Positions 37,188 to 48,206 are shown, numbered from the stretch's first letter. The stretch is 64,000 nt of DNA from Candidatus Giovannonibacteria bacterium (GCA_016186825.1 JACPKW010000004.1:130237-194236), one strand, 5' to 3'. The notes: generated by a model from the sequence alone, not told the origin. Program-made: numbers and translations.

Positions 37188-37523
37188 ATGGTTCAGTTGT
37201 TAAAACCAACTAAAGAAAAATTTATAGCAGCAATAGTGTTTTTTATGATCGCCTTTTTTTCTCGTATTCTTTTACTCGGAATTGGCGGAAATCCTGATTT
37301 TTGGCAATATGCAATATTCTATATTATCTATGTCTTGAATTTGGGGATGTTCGGATCTATATGGTTAAGCGGTTTCTTATTGAAAGCCGGTTATGTTAAT
37401 CAAGACATTGCGTATCTGTGGATGCTTGTGGATTTTTTTGCTCAATTTGCGTTTTCGTATATTGTTGGTTGCTTTTGGATTTATCTGACACATAAAAGAA
37501 AAAATCTCGATTTTAAAATCTGA
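37188..37523 (+). CDS. hypothetical small membrane protein
   Basis: Three predicted TM helices. No motif. Confidence 0.5.
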   Translation: MVQLLKPTKEKFIAAIVFFMIAFFSRILLLGIGGNPDFWQYAIFYIIYVLNLGMFGSIWLSGFLLKAGYVNQDIAYLWMLVDFFAQFAFSYIVGCFWIYLTHKRKNLDFKI

Positions 37524-37618
37524 AGTTTCTAGATACTCAAAAATTCTTCACAAAAAATACTATGACATTTGCGCCGATTTTGTTAAACTTAAAATAGTCG
37601 GTTATTTATGTTGAAAGC

Positions 37619-38902
37619 GTGCAAGAATTTATGCCGAACCAAATTAAACCGGATCCAACCAAGCCGGAAATTTTAATTTTGGGCGGTGGATTTGGAGGTG
37701 TGCGCGCCGCATTAAGACTCGCGCGGAAGCTTCCGAGCTCGAAAATCACCGTTGTGGATAAAAGAAAATACCACGGCTATTATCCGGATTTATACGAACT
37801 TGCGGCGGCTGTTTTCCCGAAAAAAAATAATCTCGGCAAAAAAGATTTTCTTAAGCTCAAATCAACTGTTGCGCTTCCATTTAAATATATTTTTTCAGGT
37901 TTTCCGAATATCAAATTTGTCGAAGGCACGGTGCTCGATATCGATTTTGAAGCCGGCAAGGTTTTTCTTGAAAATAATGAAGCGCTTTCATACAACTTTT
38001 TGATTCTTGCATTGGGGTCCGAAACTAATTTCTTTAATATTCCGCATTTGGGCGAGAAAGCGCATGAGCTGAAAAATACTACCGATGCTTTGAATATCAG
38101 GAGCGCTTTTGAAGAAATTTTGGATACTCGCGGAAAAAATACAATTATTTCGGTGATTATTGCGGGCGGGGGATTTACGGGATGCGAACTTGCGGGAGAG
38201 CTTGCGCGGAGCCTTAATGCGTTTGCGAGAATATACAACCATCCTCGAGAAAATTTTTCAATTACGATGATTGAAGGATCAAGCGTTCTGCTCGGGCCTA
38301 CCGATCCATGGATTCAAAAGAAAGCAAAGGAGCGTCTGGAAGATTTGGGGGCAATAATAAAATTGAACAGTTTTATTGTTGACGTGAAAGGCGATAAAAT
38401 TGTTTTGAAAGACGGATCTGAAATCAGATTCGATCTCTTGATTTGGACAGCGGGCGTGCGCCCGAATCAGCTTTTGGAAAACATCAAGGTTAAGCTCGAA
38501 AAAAACGGCTGCGTTGGAACGGATAAAAATCTCCGCGCGCTCCCTTTTAAAAATGTATTCGCTATAGGCGATATGTGTTTTTCAAAAAACCCTGAAACAG
38601 GGAAGCCACTTCCAATGACTGCGCAGGTTGCCATGCTCGAAGCAGACTATATTGGAAAATATATTTCAAAAATGGTCTCTGGAAAAAATTATAAAGACTT
38701 TGAGCCTACGGTAGGGCGTTTTATTATTCCGCTTGGAGGGAAATATGCTCTGGCGGATCTCGGCATTATGAAAATTTCCGGTTTTCTTCCGTGGTTTTTG
38801 AAACGGATCGTTGCTCTTAAATATTTCGCATCAATAATGCCTTTTGGAAGAGCTTTTAAAATCTGGAAACGAGGACTTGGAATTTTTATTGCAAACGATT
38901 GA
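37619..38902 (+). CDS. type II NADH dehydrogenase (NDH-2)-like FAD-dependent pyridine nucleotide-disulfide oxidoreductase
   Basis: Two Rossmann motifs, ILILGGGFGGV and IIAGGGFTGCELAGEL, plus a C-terminal amphipathic region. Confidence 0.75.
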   Translation: MQEFMPNQIKPDPTKPEILILGGGFGGVRAALRLARKLPSSKITVVDKRKYHGYYPDLYELAAAVFPKKNNLGKKDFLKLKSTVALPFKYIFSGFPNIKFVEGTVLDIDFEAGKVFLENNEALSYNFLILALGSETNFFNIPHLGEKAHELKNTTDALNIRSAFEEILDTRGKNTIISVIIAGGGFTGCELAGELARSLNAFARIYNHPRENFSITMIEGSSVLLGPTDPWIQKKAKERLEDLGAIIKLNSFIVDVKGDKIVLKDGSEIRFDLLIWTAGVRPNQLLENIKVKLEKNGCVGTDKNLRALPFKNVFAIGDMCFSKNPETGKPLPMTAQVAMLEADYIGKYISKMVSGKNYKDFEPTVGRFIIPLGGKYALADLGIMKISGFLPWFLKRIVALKYFASIMPFGRAFKIWKRGLGIFIAND

Positions 38903-39452
38903 CCGCTTTTTTTGACACGAAATACAAAGTGCCGAACGCCGCGCCTCCGAATAAATCCAACATCAAATCATCCGCGGTATCGGGACCGTCGCCCAGACGA
39001 AGTTGGCGGCCATGCCAAAAGCGGTCCTCAAGGTATTCTTCTATTTCATACAAAGATCCAAAAAGCCCAACGAAAGCAAGCCCTGCAAGGATTACAAATA
39101 AAAGCGGCGTACGCAGATTGTTCAGCGCTATGCCTCTATTTATAAATGTAAGGGCGATTGCCATGATGATCGCACCTCCGAGAAAATGCATAAACTGGTC
39201 GTAGAACCAGTATTGTCCGTAAAGGCCCGCAATATCGCCCAATGCGTCAAGCCAAAGGCCGGCCGCGGATAAAATATAGCCGGCGGGGGACATGAGCGAG
39301 AATATATTCAGAATTTCGAGAACAATAAGACTAAATCCCGAGGTAACTATGAGGCCAAGCCATGAAAATTCTAGGGGAATTGCTAAAATACCGGCGAAAT
39401 TGAGGAGTTCGAATACAATTAAAGCTATTATTATTAGTCGTGCAAACTGCAT
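38886..39452 (-). CDS. integral membrane protein, possibly VanZ-like
   Basis: Five or six TM helices. C-terminal DDLMLDLFGGAAFG resembles the VanZ-family motif. Weak assignment. Confidence 0.5.
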   Translation of the reverse strand: MQFARLIIIALIVFELLNFAGILAIPLEFSWLGLIVTSGFSLIVLEILNIFSLMSPAGYILSAAGLWLDALGDIAGLYGQYWFYDQFMHFLGGAIIMAIALTFINRGIALNNLRTPLLFVILAGLAFVGLFGSLYEIEEYLEDRFWHGRQLRLGDGPDTADDLMLDLFGGAAFGTLYFVSKKAVNRLQ

Positions 39453-39606
39453 ATCCTTATTTTAGCCTAATTCCACTTGCAGGAATAACCTGTAAAATGC
39501 GCCAGATCATAGTAATTAACAGGTAATCCACAGTCAATATTTACATAAATAGCCGAAAGACTATAATCGGACAGATAATGTCCGATTTCGAATTTTATGA
39601 AATTTT

Positions 39607-39894
39607 ATGAAAAAAAGAATAGACTACGGAATTTTATTGATTGAGGAGCTGAAAAAATCTCCGACTGAATTTTTCGATGTGCGGAGGATTGCAAAAAAGA
39701 AAGAGATCCCCGCGGCTTATCTCGAAAAAATTGCCCAGGAATTTAAGCGGAGCGGCCTGATCGAATCGCGCCGGGGCGCAGGCGGAGGATACAGATTGGC
39801 TAAAAATGCATCCATGATGGAAATTTTTGGTATTTCGGAAGAGCTTAGAAGTTTTTGTCCGCTAACGCGAAAAGCAACAAAATTACTCCACTAG
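39607..39894 (+). CDS. Rrf2-family (IscR-like) transcriptional regulator, short
   Basis: RRGAGGGYRLAK wing motif. Located immediately upstream of cysteine desulfurase and IscU. Confidence 0.7.
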   Translation: MKKRIDYGILLIEELKKSPTEFFDVRRIAKKKEIPAAYLEKIAQEFKRSGLIESRRGAGGGYRLAKNASMMEIFGISEELRSFCPLTRKATKLLH

Positions 39895-39904
39895 AAACTT
39901 TTTT

Positions 39905-41188
39905 ATGAAGAATAAAAATAAAATAAAAGTTGGCAAGAGGGTTTATCTGGATCATGCGGCGGCAACGCCAATGGATCCGCGCGTTTTTGAAGCAATGGAG
40001 CCTTTTTGGGTGAAAAATTTTGGAAATGCCGGCGGACTTTATGAAGAAGGAAGAATCGCGAAAGAAGCAGTGCAAAAATCCCGCGAAGCGATTGCACGCT
40101 TGATCTTTGCAAAGCCCGAGGAAATTATTTTTACTTCCGGAGGAACGGAAGCAGATAACCTTGCTATTTTTGGAACTGCTAATTTTTTTAAAAAAGGGCA
40201 CATAATTACTTCCAAATTTGAGCACCATGCAGTTTTGAATCCCTGCTTGGAGCTCGAAAAGCGCGGATTTGACGTTACTTATCTTGAAGTTGGTTCGGAG
40301 GGAATCGTAAATCCGGAAGACTTTAAAAAAGCATTGCGCGCCGATACAGTCTTGGTTTCCATAATGTATGCGAATAACGAGATAGGAACAATCCAGCCGA
40401 TCGCCGAGATAGGGAAAATAATCCAAAACTACAGACTACAATCTGCAAACTCCAGACTGATTTTCCATACCGATGCCTGCCAGGCGGCTGCGTATTTGGA
40501 TATGAACGTAAATGAACTCGGGGTGGATTTGATGACTGTAAACGGTGGAAAAATTTATGGGCCGAAGGGCGCTGGTTTTCTTTATAAAAAAAGCGGAGTG
40601 AAAATAACTCCGATGATTTTCGGCGGCGGGCAGGAAATGCGAATGCGTTCAGGGACTGAAAGCGCTCCTTTAATTGTCGGAATGGCAAAAGCTTTTGAAA
40701 TAGCCGCGCTCGAGCGCGAAAAAGAATCAGCGCGATTGTGCGAGCTAAGGGATTATTTCATCTCTGAACTTTTCCAAAAGATTACGAAGATTGTTCTAAA
40801 CGGACATGACAAAAAAAGATTGCCTAACAACGTGAATGTCTCGATTCTCGATATAGAAGGGGAAGCTCTGATCCTTTTCATGGACGCGCATGGCGTTTCA
40901 TTTTCTACGGGTTCTGCTTGCACTTCGGAATCGCTTGATCCTTCCCACGTAATTTTGGCGCTCGGAAAACCTTATGAATTTGCGCATTCATCCATGCGTT
41001 TCACTTTGGGGCGAAGCACAAACAAAGAAGATTTGGATTATGTCCTAAGCGAACTTCCCAAAACTGTTGCATGGCTCCGGCGCGTCTCTCCGCTAGAGCT
41101 TGATCCGAACGCAGCTTCCATGTCGCATCCCGAAGCGTTTGCAGGAGAAAATTTAAGAGTTAAGGCGAAATCTAAAAGTTATAAGTAG
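39905..41188 (+). CDS. iscS: cysteine desulfurase (IscS/NifS class)
   Basis: VYLDHAAATP, SGGTEADNLAI, and a PLP-Lys region SIMYANNEIGT. Confidence 0.85.
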   Translation: MKNKNKIKVGKRVYLDHAAATPMDPRVFEAMEPFWVKNFGNAGGLYEEGRIAKEAVQKSREAIARLIFAKPEEIIFTSGGTEADNLAIFGTANFFKKGHIITSKFEHHAVLNPCLELEKRGFDVTYLEVGSEGIVNPEDFKKALRADTVLVSIMYANNEIGTIQPIAEIGKIIQNYRLQSANSRLIFHTDACQAAAYLDMNVNELGVDLMTVNGGKIYGPKGAGFLYKKSGVKITPMIFGGGQEMRMRSGTESAPLIVGMAKAFEIAALEREKESARLCELRDYFISELFQKITKIVLNGHDKKRLPNNVNVSILDIEGEALILFMDAHGVSFSTGSACTSESLDPSHVILALGKPYEFAHSSMRFTLGRSTNKEDLDYVLSELPKTVAWLRRVSPLELDPNAASMSHPEAFAGENLRVKAKSKSYK

Positions 41189-41224
41189 TTAATTATTTAA
41201 TAGTGTAAATTAATGGCGTAAATT

Positions 41225-41884
41225 ATGAATGAAAACAAGGCCCCTGAGGTCATCAATCAATTTACAGGTGAAAAATGGTATTATTCCGATACGGTTAAAG
41301 AACATTTTTTTCATCCACGCAATCTTTTATGGGAACGGCCGAAAAATCAAAATGAGTTCGATGCGGAGGGAATGGTGGGAAGCCCTGCCTGCGGAGACAT
41401 GATGCAGATGTGGATGAAAGTTGATCGGAATACTGAACGAGTAATAGATTTGAAATGGAAAACATTCGGGTGTGCTTCGGCGATAGCGGCAACTTCAATT
41501 TATTCTGTGATTCTTACGGAAAATGGGGGAATGACATTGGATGATGCCCTCAAAGTGAAGCCGCAGGATGTAATGAAGCGTTTGGGAGGACTCCCGAATA
41601 GAAAAATTCATTGCTCTGTTTTGGCCGACAAAGCATTTCAAAAAACAGCCAACGACTATTTCCGTAAAACTGGACAAAATCATAGAATAGTAGTTGAAGG
41701 GGCGAGAGTAGTTGATCCCACGCTTAATATTACGGATAAGGATATTGAAGAAGCTGTTTTGGAAGGAGCGCAGACGCTCGACGAAGTTCAGAAGAAATTG
41801 AAAGTTGGAATTGGCGCTTCGGAAGAAGTTAAAACCGATATCGAGTCACTCGTCAGATTCTATTCGGATAAATATTATGGATAA
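41225..41884 (+). CDS. IscU/NifU-type Fe-S scaffold protein with C-terminal extension
   Basis: The three scaffold cysteines lie in GSPACGDMMQ, FGCASAIA and IHCSVLA. Confidence 0.8.
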   Translation: MNENKAPEVINQFTGEKWYYSDTVKEHFFHPRNLLWERPKNQNEFDAEGMVGSPACGDMMQMWMKVDRNTERVIDLKWKTFGCASAIAATSIYSVILTENGGMTLDDALKVKPQDVMKRLGGLPNRKIHCSVLADKAFQKTANDYFRKTGQNHRIVVEGARVVDPTLNITDKDIEEAVLEGAQTLDEVQKKLKVGIGASEEVKTDIESLVRFYSDKYYG

Positions 41885-41954
41885 TGCCCCAATATGCCTC
41901 AAACTAAGTTTGGGGCATTAGAGCGAAGAAAGTCCTGGACATAGTGGAACAAAC

Positions 41955-42218
41955 ATGTCGGAAGAAAATAACCCAGAACAAATAAATAAAACAGTTGAGC
42001 CCGAGATATCTAAGATTGTCGTGGACCGAGATTTATGCATTGGGGCCGCCTCGTGCGTTGCGATTGCGCCCGGGGTCTTTGCTTTGGATAATGAAAACAA
42101 AGCTTATGTTATTGATGAAAAAGGCGCAGACAACGAAACAATTCTCCTAGCCGCCCAGTCATGTCCCACAAGAGCAATTCTTTTATACGATAAAGATGGC
42201 AAACAAATATACCCGTAA
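41955..42218 (+). CDS. small single-cluster ferredoxin
   Basis: CIGAASCV...SCP cysteine pattern. Paralog of 53027..53293. Confidence 0.7.
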   Translation: MSEENNPEQINKTVEPEISKIVVDRDLCIGAASCVAIAPGVFALDNENKAYVIDEKGADNETILLAAQSCPTRAILLYDKDGKQIYP

Positions 42219-42253
42219 ACAGTTTTTAGTTAGTAGTTTAATATATAAACAAA

Positions 42254-42844
42254 ATGAGAGAAATAAAACCACTCAAATATAAAGAACTTAAGGGTTTATC
42301 CGAAAAACAGCTGAAGGAACATCATGACGTTCTTTATGCCGGTTATGTCAAGAAAATTGCGGAGATAGAAGAAAAGCTAAAAAACACAGACGCTAATTCC
42401 GCAAATGCCACTTATTCTGATTTGCGCGAACTGAAAATGGAAGAAACATTCGCTTTAAACGGCGTGAAATTGCATGAAGGCTATTTTGACAATATGATAC
42501 CAGATGGGCCAAAACCGTCCGGTAAAATTTTGGGCTTGATCGAGCGGGATTTCGGCTCTTATGAAAAATGGGAAAGCGAATTTAAAGCGCTGGGGCTCGC
42601 GGCGCGGGGTTGGGCGATCCTCGCTTATGATCTCGACGAAAAAAAATTAAAAAATATTCTTTGCGATTCGCATAATCAGGGAGGGGTTTGGAACAGCATC
42701 GCGCTTTTTATAATGGATGTTTACGAGCATGCCTATTTTATTGATTATGCCACAGGCAGAAAGTCATACATTGAGGCCTTTTTTCGAAATCTGAATTGGG
42801 AATTTGTTAACACCCTGATTGAGAAATACGGCATTGAAACCTAA
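42254..42844 (+). CDS. Fe/Mn superoxide dismutase
   Basis: HHDVLYAGY, and the C-terminal DVYEHAYFIDYATGRKSYIEAFFRNLNWEFV (D-x-W-E-H-A-Y-Y family signature). Confidence 0.8.
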   Translation: MREIKPLKYKELKGLSEKQLKEHHDVLYAGYVKKIAEIEEKLKNTDANSANATYSDLRELKMEETFALNGVKLHEGYFDNMIPDGPKPSGKILGLIERDFGSYEKWESEFKALGLAARGWAILAYDLDEKKLKNILCDSHNQGGVWNSIALFIMDVYEHAYFIDYATGRKSYIEAFFRNLNWEFVNTLIEKYGIET

Positions 42845-43067
42845 AGAGAAAGAAATAATTTCGGTGCTTGAAAATGAGGTCAAACCATTGCTCCAGCTCC
42901 ATCTCGGCTCGCTCGATTTCGTTTCTTTTAAAGATGGGGTGGTTGCGGTGAGGCTCGAAGGGAATTGCAAAGGATGCCCGCTTTCCGAGCTCACTCTAAA
43001 GGCGGGCATTGAAAGCGTTTTGAAAGAAAAATTCAAGGATGTTACTAGCGTTATCGCTGTTGAATGA
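42819..43067 (+). CDS. NifU C-terminal domain (Nfu-type) Fe-S delivery protein
   Basis: GNCKGCPLSELT CxxC motif. The start is uncertain because the ORF overlaps the SOD 3' end. Confidence 0.65.
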   Translation: MRNTALKPKEKEIISVLENEVKPLLQLHLGSLDFVSFKDGVVAVRLEGNCKGCPLSELTLKAGIESVLKEKFKDVTSVIAVE

Positions 43068-44134
43068 GAAGTAATTTATCAAAAAACTTCATAAAGCTTC
43101 TTGTTTTAATTTTAATGGCTGGGGCGGCTCTTTTTTTTGTGCGGCCAGAGAAGGAAACAGCAGAGAATTTAAAAGATATTAGCCAAGAAAAAATAATTTC
43201 TGAAAAAAACTCGGGAGTTGCCGAAAATATTTTGGGGGAAGACAAAGAATTAGCGACGACGACTCAAAATAATAAAAAAGATGAACTGGCAAGCGCTAAA
43301 ATATCTGCCGACCGGCTGAAAAAAATTTCGCAAGAATTGGAAGTTCTTCAAAAAACTATTAACTCTTTAACTCCGCCCGCCTCGCTAGAAAAACCAAAAT
43401 TAAAAAGCGACCTCGTTTACGCGTCCGGTTTGGGGGCCTTGGTAAACATATTATGCAATGACACGGAAAACGGTTATTACATTTCTGCTTCGGGCGCCAT
43501 CATTGACCCCAAAGGGTATATTTTAACGAACGCTCATGTTGCGGAAAATTTTTCACATAAGGGAGTAATCTGCGTAATCAGGCGCGGTTCTCCCGCAGTT
43601 TCTTTCGCGCGCGCAAAAGTCGTATTTATGCCGGATGTCAGTGATAAAATTTCTGCGACTGAAGTCCCCCTTAGAGATATTGCGATTTTAAAAATAACAA
43701 GCGATCTTTCAGGGAAACCTTTTTCGGAGGTTTTTTCTTATTTTGAATTTGATCCTGACTATTCAATGAAAGAGGGCGAAGTATTATATTCATTGGGATT
43801 CCCGAATGAATTTTTAGGCTCCGAGGCGATTTTAAAAAATACAACGATTCTTTTAAGTCTCGGCTCGGTTGAGAATCTTTTAAATATCGACCAAAGCGAA
43901 AATATTGCCGAGGCGGCCTACATGAAAGGAGCAATTTCTGCCCAACAAGGCTCTTCCGGAGGAATTTTTGTTGATACTTATAGTGGAAATATTGTCGGAT
44001 TATTTGTTGCCCTTACACAAGGAGAAACAACCTCTGAGCGCAAAGAGTTTATATTTTTGTCGAGTTATGTGGATAGAATAATGAGAGAAAAAACTGGTCT
44101 TTCACTAAAAGAATTTTTGGCACAAAATCCATAA
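43064..44134 (+). CDS. membrane-anchored trypsin-like serine protease
   Basis: His in ILTNAHVAE, Ser in QQGSSGGIFVD. N-terminal TM helix. Confidence 0.7.
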   Translation: MRSNLSKNFIKLLVLILMAGAALFFVRPEKETAENLKDISQEKIISEKNSGVAENILGEDKELATTTQNNKKDELASAKISADRLKKISQELEVLQKTINSLTPPASLEKPKLKSDLVYASGLGALVNILCNDTENGYYISASGAIIDPKGYILTNAHVAENFSHKGVICVIRRGSPAVSFARAKVVFMPDVSDKISATEVPLRDIAILKITSDLSGKPFSEVFSYFEFDPDYSMKEGEVLYSLGFPNEFLGSEAILKNTTILLSLGSVENLLNIDQSENIAEAAYMKGAISAQQGSSGGIFVDTYSGNIVGLFVALTQGETTSERKEFIFLSSYVDRIMREKTGLSLKEFLAQNP

Positions 44135-44197
44135 TTTTATAACGATTTTTCTTGATTTTTCGTTATTTTTCTGATAATATAAAAATAGCGAAAATTT

Positions 44198-45430
44198 ATG
44201 GAAAATCTTACGAAAACACAGCTTATACTTCTGGTCCTGCTTGTAAGTTTTGTTACTTCAATGGTGACTGGAATTGTTTCAGTTTCTCTTACTTCGCAAA
44301 ATCCGCCCGGATTAACTCAAACCATTCAGCGTGTTATAGGGCAAACGCCTACAATCGAACCGGAAACTTTGGACAAAGTTCTGACGCAGGAGGAAATCAC
44401 GATTCAGCTCGTAAAAAATGTAACCCCCGCTGTTGTAAGCGTTATCGCTACCAAGGATGTTCCTGTTATTGAACAATACTTTGTGAACCCTTTTGAGGGC
44501 GACAATTTCTTCCAGCAGTTTTTAACGCCGGATTTCTTGGTTCCGCAATATCGCCAGCGCGGGACGGAGAAAAGACAGATTTCTGCCGGAACGGGTTTTT
44601 TGATTTCGTCTGACGGCATGATTGTAACAAACCGGCATGTCGTCGAAGACGCGGAAGCCGAATACACAGTTATAATGAATGACGGAAAGAAAATAACCGC
44701 AAAAGTGCTTGCGCGCGATCCGGTTCAGGACATTGCCGTGATAAAAATTGAAGGTGGCGGCTATCTGTATATCCCGCTTGGGAATTCCGATTCTTTGCAA
44801 GTGGGCCAGAGCGTGGTTGCGATTGGAAATGCGCTTGGAGAATTTCAGAACACGGTTTCGACTGGGGTAATTTCTGGGTTGCGCCGGACGGTAGTTGCTG
44901 GCGGAATCTCTTCCGGTGTTGAAAAACTTCAGCAGGTAATTCAGACTGATGCCGCAATCAATCCGGGAAATTCGGGCGGTCCGCTTTTGGATCTGACGGG
45001 CAGGGCAATCGGGATAAATGTCGCGATGGCCTCGGGTGCGGAAAACATTGGTTTTGCCTTGCCGATAAATGCGGTAAAAAAAGCGATCAATGACGTAAAA
45101 TCTTTCGGCAGAATCGTTTATCCGTTTTTGGGCGTTAGGTATGTGACGATAACGCCTGCCATGAAAACCGAGAAAAAGCTTGCGGTTGATTATGGAGCGC
45201 TCTTAATGTCCTCCGGCGCGGAAAATGCGGTAATCGCGAATTCTCCCGCTTCGAAGGCCGGGCTCAAAGAAGGAGATATCGTGCTCGAATTCGAAGGAGT
45301 GAAAATTACACAGGATAATACGCTCGGCGACCTGATTGCGCGAAAAAAAGTGGGCGATAAAGTTAAATTAAAAATCTTGAGAGAAGGCAAGGAATTTACG
45401 GTCGAAGCAACACTTGAAGAAAGGAAATAA
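44198..45430 (+). CDS. HtrA/DegP-family serine protease with PDZ domain
   Basis: MIVTNRHVVEDAE, NPGNSGGPLLD, and PDZ GLKEGDIVLEFEGVKI. Confidence 0.85.
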   Translation: MENLTKTQLILLVLLVSFVTSMVTGIVSVSLTSQNPPGLTQTIQRVIGQTPTIEPETLDKVLTQEEITIQLVKNVTPAVVSVIATKDVPVIEQYFVNPFEGDNFFQQFLTPDFLVPQYRQRGTEKRQISAGTGFLISSDGMIVTNRHVVEDAEAEYTVIMNDGKKITAKVLARDPVQDIAVIKIEGGGYLYIPLGNSDSLQVGQSVVAIGNALGEFQNTVSTGVISGLRRTVVAGGISSGVEKLQQVIQTDAAINPGNSGGPLLDLTGRAIGINVAMASGAENIGFALPINAVKKAINDVKSFGRIVYPFLGVRYVTITPAMKTEKKLAVDYGALLMSSGAENAVIANSPASKAGLKEGDIVLEFEGVKITQDNTLGDLIARKKVGDKVKLKILREGKEFTVEATLEERK

Positions 45431-45477
45431 AGTGATAAACTGGAACGTCATTATTATTACTAAAGCAATCCACCACG

Positions 45478-45520
45478 AACTATAAACTATAAACTATAAA
45501 CTATAAACTATTAACTAGCA
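45478..45520 (+). repeat. six tandem heptads (AACTATA x3, AACTATT, AACTAGC, AAACTAAC) immediately upstream of the clpB start
   Basis: Direct heptad tandem repeat that ends 8 nt before the ATG at 45528. Confidence 0.7.
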
Positions 45521-45527
45521 AACTAAC

Positions 45528-48206
45528 ATGCCGCCGTTTAATAATTTTACACAAAGAGCTCAAGAAGCGATCAGGCGCGCACATGAGCTTGCAATAGAAA
45601 GAGGGCAAAACCAGATTGATCCGTTATATCTTCTGGCTGCTTTGATATTGCAAGACGAAGGAGTCGTAATTTCAATACTCGACAAACTCGAAATTGACCT
45701 CTCTCTTTTAACAGATTCTATTTTAGATACGCTTGACGGCGGGATGCGGACGAACGTTGTAATGCCCTCGCCGCAAATTTACTTGACACCCGAACTTGGG
45801 AGAACACTCGAGGAAGCGCACAAAGCCGCGATTCATTTGAAAGACGATTTTATCTCAACTGAACATTTGTTTCTAGGCCTTTTGGAAGTGCCTTCGCGCG
45901 CTAAGGAAATTTTAACGCGCTTCCGGATTGATAAAGAATCTGTAGTACGCGCGCTTGCGGATGTGCGCGGCAAAGATCGCGTGGCGGAAGTCGGGGGCGC
46001 GGAGACTGAAGTAAAGCTTCAAGTTTTGGAGCGCTACGCAAAAAATATGACGCGTCTTGCGCGTCAGGACAAGCTCGATCCAGTTGTTGGGCGGGAGGAT
46101 GAGATACGGCGCGTGATGCAGGTTTTGTCCAGGCGCACAAAAAATAATCCCGTTTTGATCGGAGAAGCAGGGGTTGGAAAAACTGCAATTGTGGAAGGTC
46201 TCGCGCGCAGGATCGCGGCGGGCGATGTTCCCGAAATTTTGAAAGACAAAGAACTGATCGCGCTCGACCTCGGCTCGCTGGTTGCGGGCACAAAATATCG
46301 CGGCGAATTTGAAGAGCGCTTGAAATCCGTAACGCGCGAAATTGAGCGCGCCTCCGGGAAAATAATTCTTTTTATTGATGAGCTTCATACTATTGTCGGC
46401 GCAGGCGCGGCGGAAGGGGCAATCGACGCTTCGAATATGCTCAAACCCGCCTTGGCGAAGGGTGAACTTCATGCGATTGGCGCAACAACTTTGAAAGAGT
46501 ATCAAAAATATATTGAGCGCGATCCGGCCTTGGCGCGCCGTTTCCAGCCGGTTTATGTTGAAGAGCCTTCGCTTGAAGACACGGTGAGCATCCTTCGCGG
46601 AATTAAGGATAAGTACGAACTGCATCATGGAGTCCGCATTTCAGACGAAGCTATTCAAGCGGCGGTGAGCCTTTCATCGCGCTATATTTCGGATAGATTT
46701 TTGCCCGATAAGGCGGTGGATCTATTGGATGAAGCGGCGTCCGCTTTGCGCCTTGAACTTGACAGCATGCCCGAGGAACTTGAAAACACAAACCGCCAGA
46801 TTTTGAAACTGGAAATAGAGAAAGAAGCGCTCAAAAAAGATTCGAGTCCCAAATCGAAACAGAAAACAAAAGAAATTCAAAAAGAAGTCGAAGATTTCAA
46901 AGAAAAAATAAGCGGGCTGGAACTTAAATGGAAAAATGAAAAAGAAACGATTACAAACATTCGCCAGGTTAAGCGCGATCTAGAAACTTTGAGACTGGAG
47001 GCAGAGGGATCAGAACGGAAAAGCGATCTTTCTAAGGTTGCTGAAATTCGCTATGGGCGCATTCCAGAACTCGAACGCCGTCTAAAATCTGAGGAGGGAA
47101 GGCTTCGAAAACTTCAACAGGAACGGATGATTTTGAAAGAGGAAATTACCCAAGAAGATATTGCAGGGGTGGTTTCGCGTTGGACCGGAATTCCTGTTTC
47201 TAAAATGCTCGAGGGCGAGGCAAAAAAACTTACGCGCATGGAAGAGGATCTAAAAAAGCGGGTCGTGGGCCAAGACGAGGCAATTTCAAAAGTTTCGCAT
47301 GCGGTCCGCCGTTCGCGGGCCGGAATCGGGGACGAGGATAAACCGATCGGCTCGTTTATATTTTTGGGCCCGACCGGGGTGGGGAAGACCGAGCTTGCGC
47401 GCGCACTTGCCGAATTTATGTTTAATGACGAAAAATCTTTGATTCGTGTGGACATGTCCGAATATATGGAACGGCATACGGTTTCAAAATTTATCGGTTC
47501 TCCTCCGGGTTATGTTGGCTATGAGGAAGGCGGTCAGCTTACGGAGTTAATCCGGCACCGCCCCTATGCCGTGCTCTTGTTCGACGAAATTGAAAAGGCG
47601 CATCCGGAAGTTTTTAATATCATGCTTCAGATTCTTGATAATGGGCGACTTACGGATGCAAAGGGGCGTCACGTAAATTTCAAAAACTCAATAATTATTA
47701 TGACTTCCAATGTCGGATCGGAATTTGTGCGTGAAATGGAAAAACTCGGCTTTCAGTCTGATGAAGAAACGAAAGAGAAGCAAGAGGAACAGCTTAAAGA
47801 CAAGATCCGGAAGGCGCTTGAATCGCGTTTTCGCCCTGAATTTTTAAATCGTCTCGACGAAGTTATAATTTTCAACTCGCTTTCGAAAGAAAATCTTCGG
47901 CACATTGTTGAAATCCAGCTTCTGAAAATGATGAAACGGCTCAGCGAAAAAGATATCACGATCAAAATTTCTCAAAACTCGAAAGACTTTCTGATTGCGG
48001 AAGGGTATGACACGAATTACGGAGCGCGGCCGCTTAAACGCTTGATTCAAAATAAAATTTTAAATCCGCTTGCGGAAAAGCTTGTTTCAGGCGAGATAAA
48101 ACCCGGAAGCTTAATATCTGTAGACGCGCGGGGTAAGGAAATCGAAATCGAAGTTTTGGCTTCCAAAAAGAAAAAAATTCTAAAAGAAGTTGCTCAGGTT
48201 TCTTAA
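45528..48206 (+). CDS. clpB: ATP-dependent chaperone ClpB
   Basis: Two AAA+ modules ([10 protein letters not shown] and [15 protein letters not shown]), a long middle coiled-coil domain and an N-terminal Clp_N repeat. Confidence 0.9.
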   Translation: MPPFNNFTQRAQEAIRRAHELAIERGQNQIDPLYLLAALILQDEGVVISILDKLEIDLSLLTDSILDTLDGGMRTNVVMPSPQIYLTPELGRTLEEAHKAAIHLKDDFISTEHLFLGLLEVPSRAKEILTRFRIDKESVVRALADVRGKDRVAEVGGAETEVKLQVLERYAKNMTRLARQDKLDPVVGREDEIRRVMQVLSRRTKNNPVLIGEAGVGKTAIVEGLARRIAAGDVPEILKDKELIALDLGSLVAGTKYRGEFEERLKSVTREIERASGKIILFIDELHTIVGAGAAEGAIDASNMLKPALAKGELHAIGATTLKEYQKYIERDPALARRFQPVYVEEPSLEDTVSILRGIKDKYELHHGVRISDEAIQAAVSLSSRYISDRFLPDKAVDLLDEAASALRLELDSMPEELENTNRQILKLEIEKEALKKDSSPKSKQKTKEIQKEVEDFKEKISGLELKWKNEKETITNIRQVKRDLETLRLEAEGSERKSDLSKVAEIRYGRIPELERRLKSEEGRLRKLQQERMILKEEITQEDIAGVVSRWTGIPVSKMLEGEAKKLTRMEEDLKKRVVGQDEAISKVSHAVRRSRAGIGDEDKPIGSFIFLGPTGVGKTELARALAEFMFNDEKSLIRVDMSEYMERHTVSKFIGSPPGYVGYEEGGQLTELIRHRPYAVLLFDEIEKAHPEVFNIMLQILDNGRLTDAKGRHVNFKNSIIIMTSNVGSEFVREMEKLGFQSDEETKEKQEEQLKDKIRKALESRFRPEFLNRLDEVIIFNSLSKENLRHIVEIQLLKMMKRLSEKDITIKISQNSKDFLIAEGYDTNYGARPLKRLIQNKILNPLAEKLVSGEIKPGSLISVDARGKEIEIEVLASKKKKILKEVAQVS

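Noticed and set aside
37101-37190. Possible additional tRNA 3' fragment (GGTCTATCCACCGGCTCA) downstream of the nested tRNA locus
   Set aside because: Only a loose resemblance to a T-arm/acceptor end. No D-arm or anticodon arm could be built.
44152-44472. 106-aa ORF overlapping the HtrA start
   Set aside because: It is in a different frame from the well-supported HtrA CDS. Its Cys/Arg-rich translation is typical of an out-of-frame artefact.
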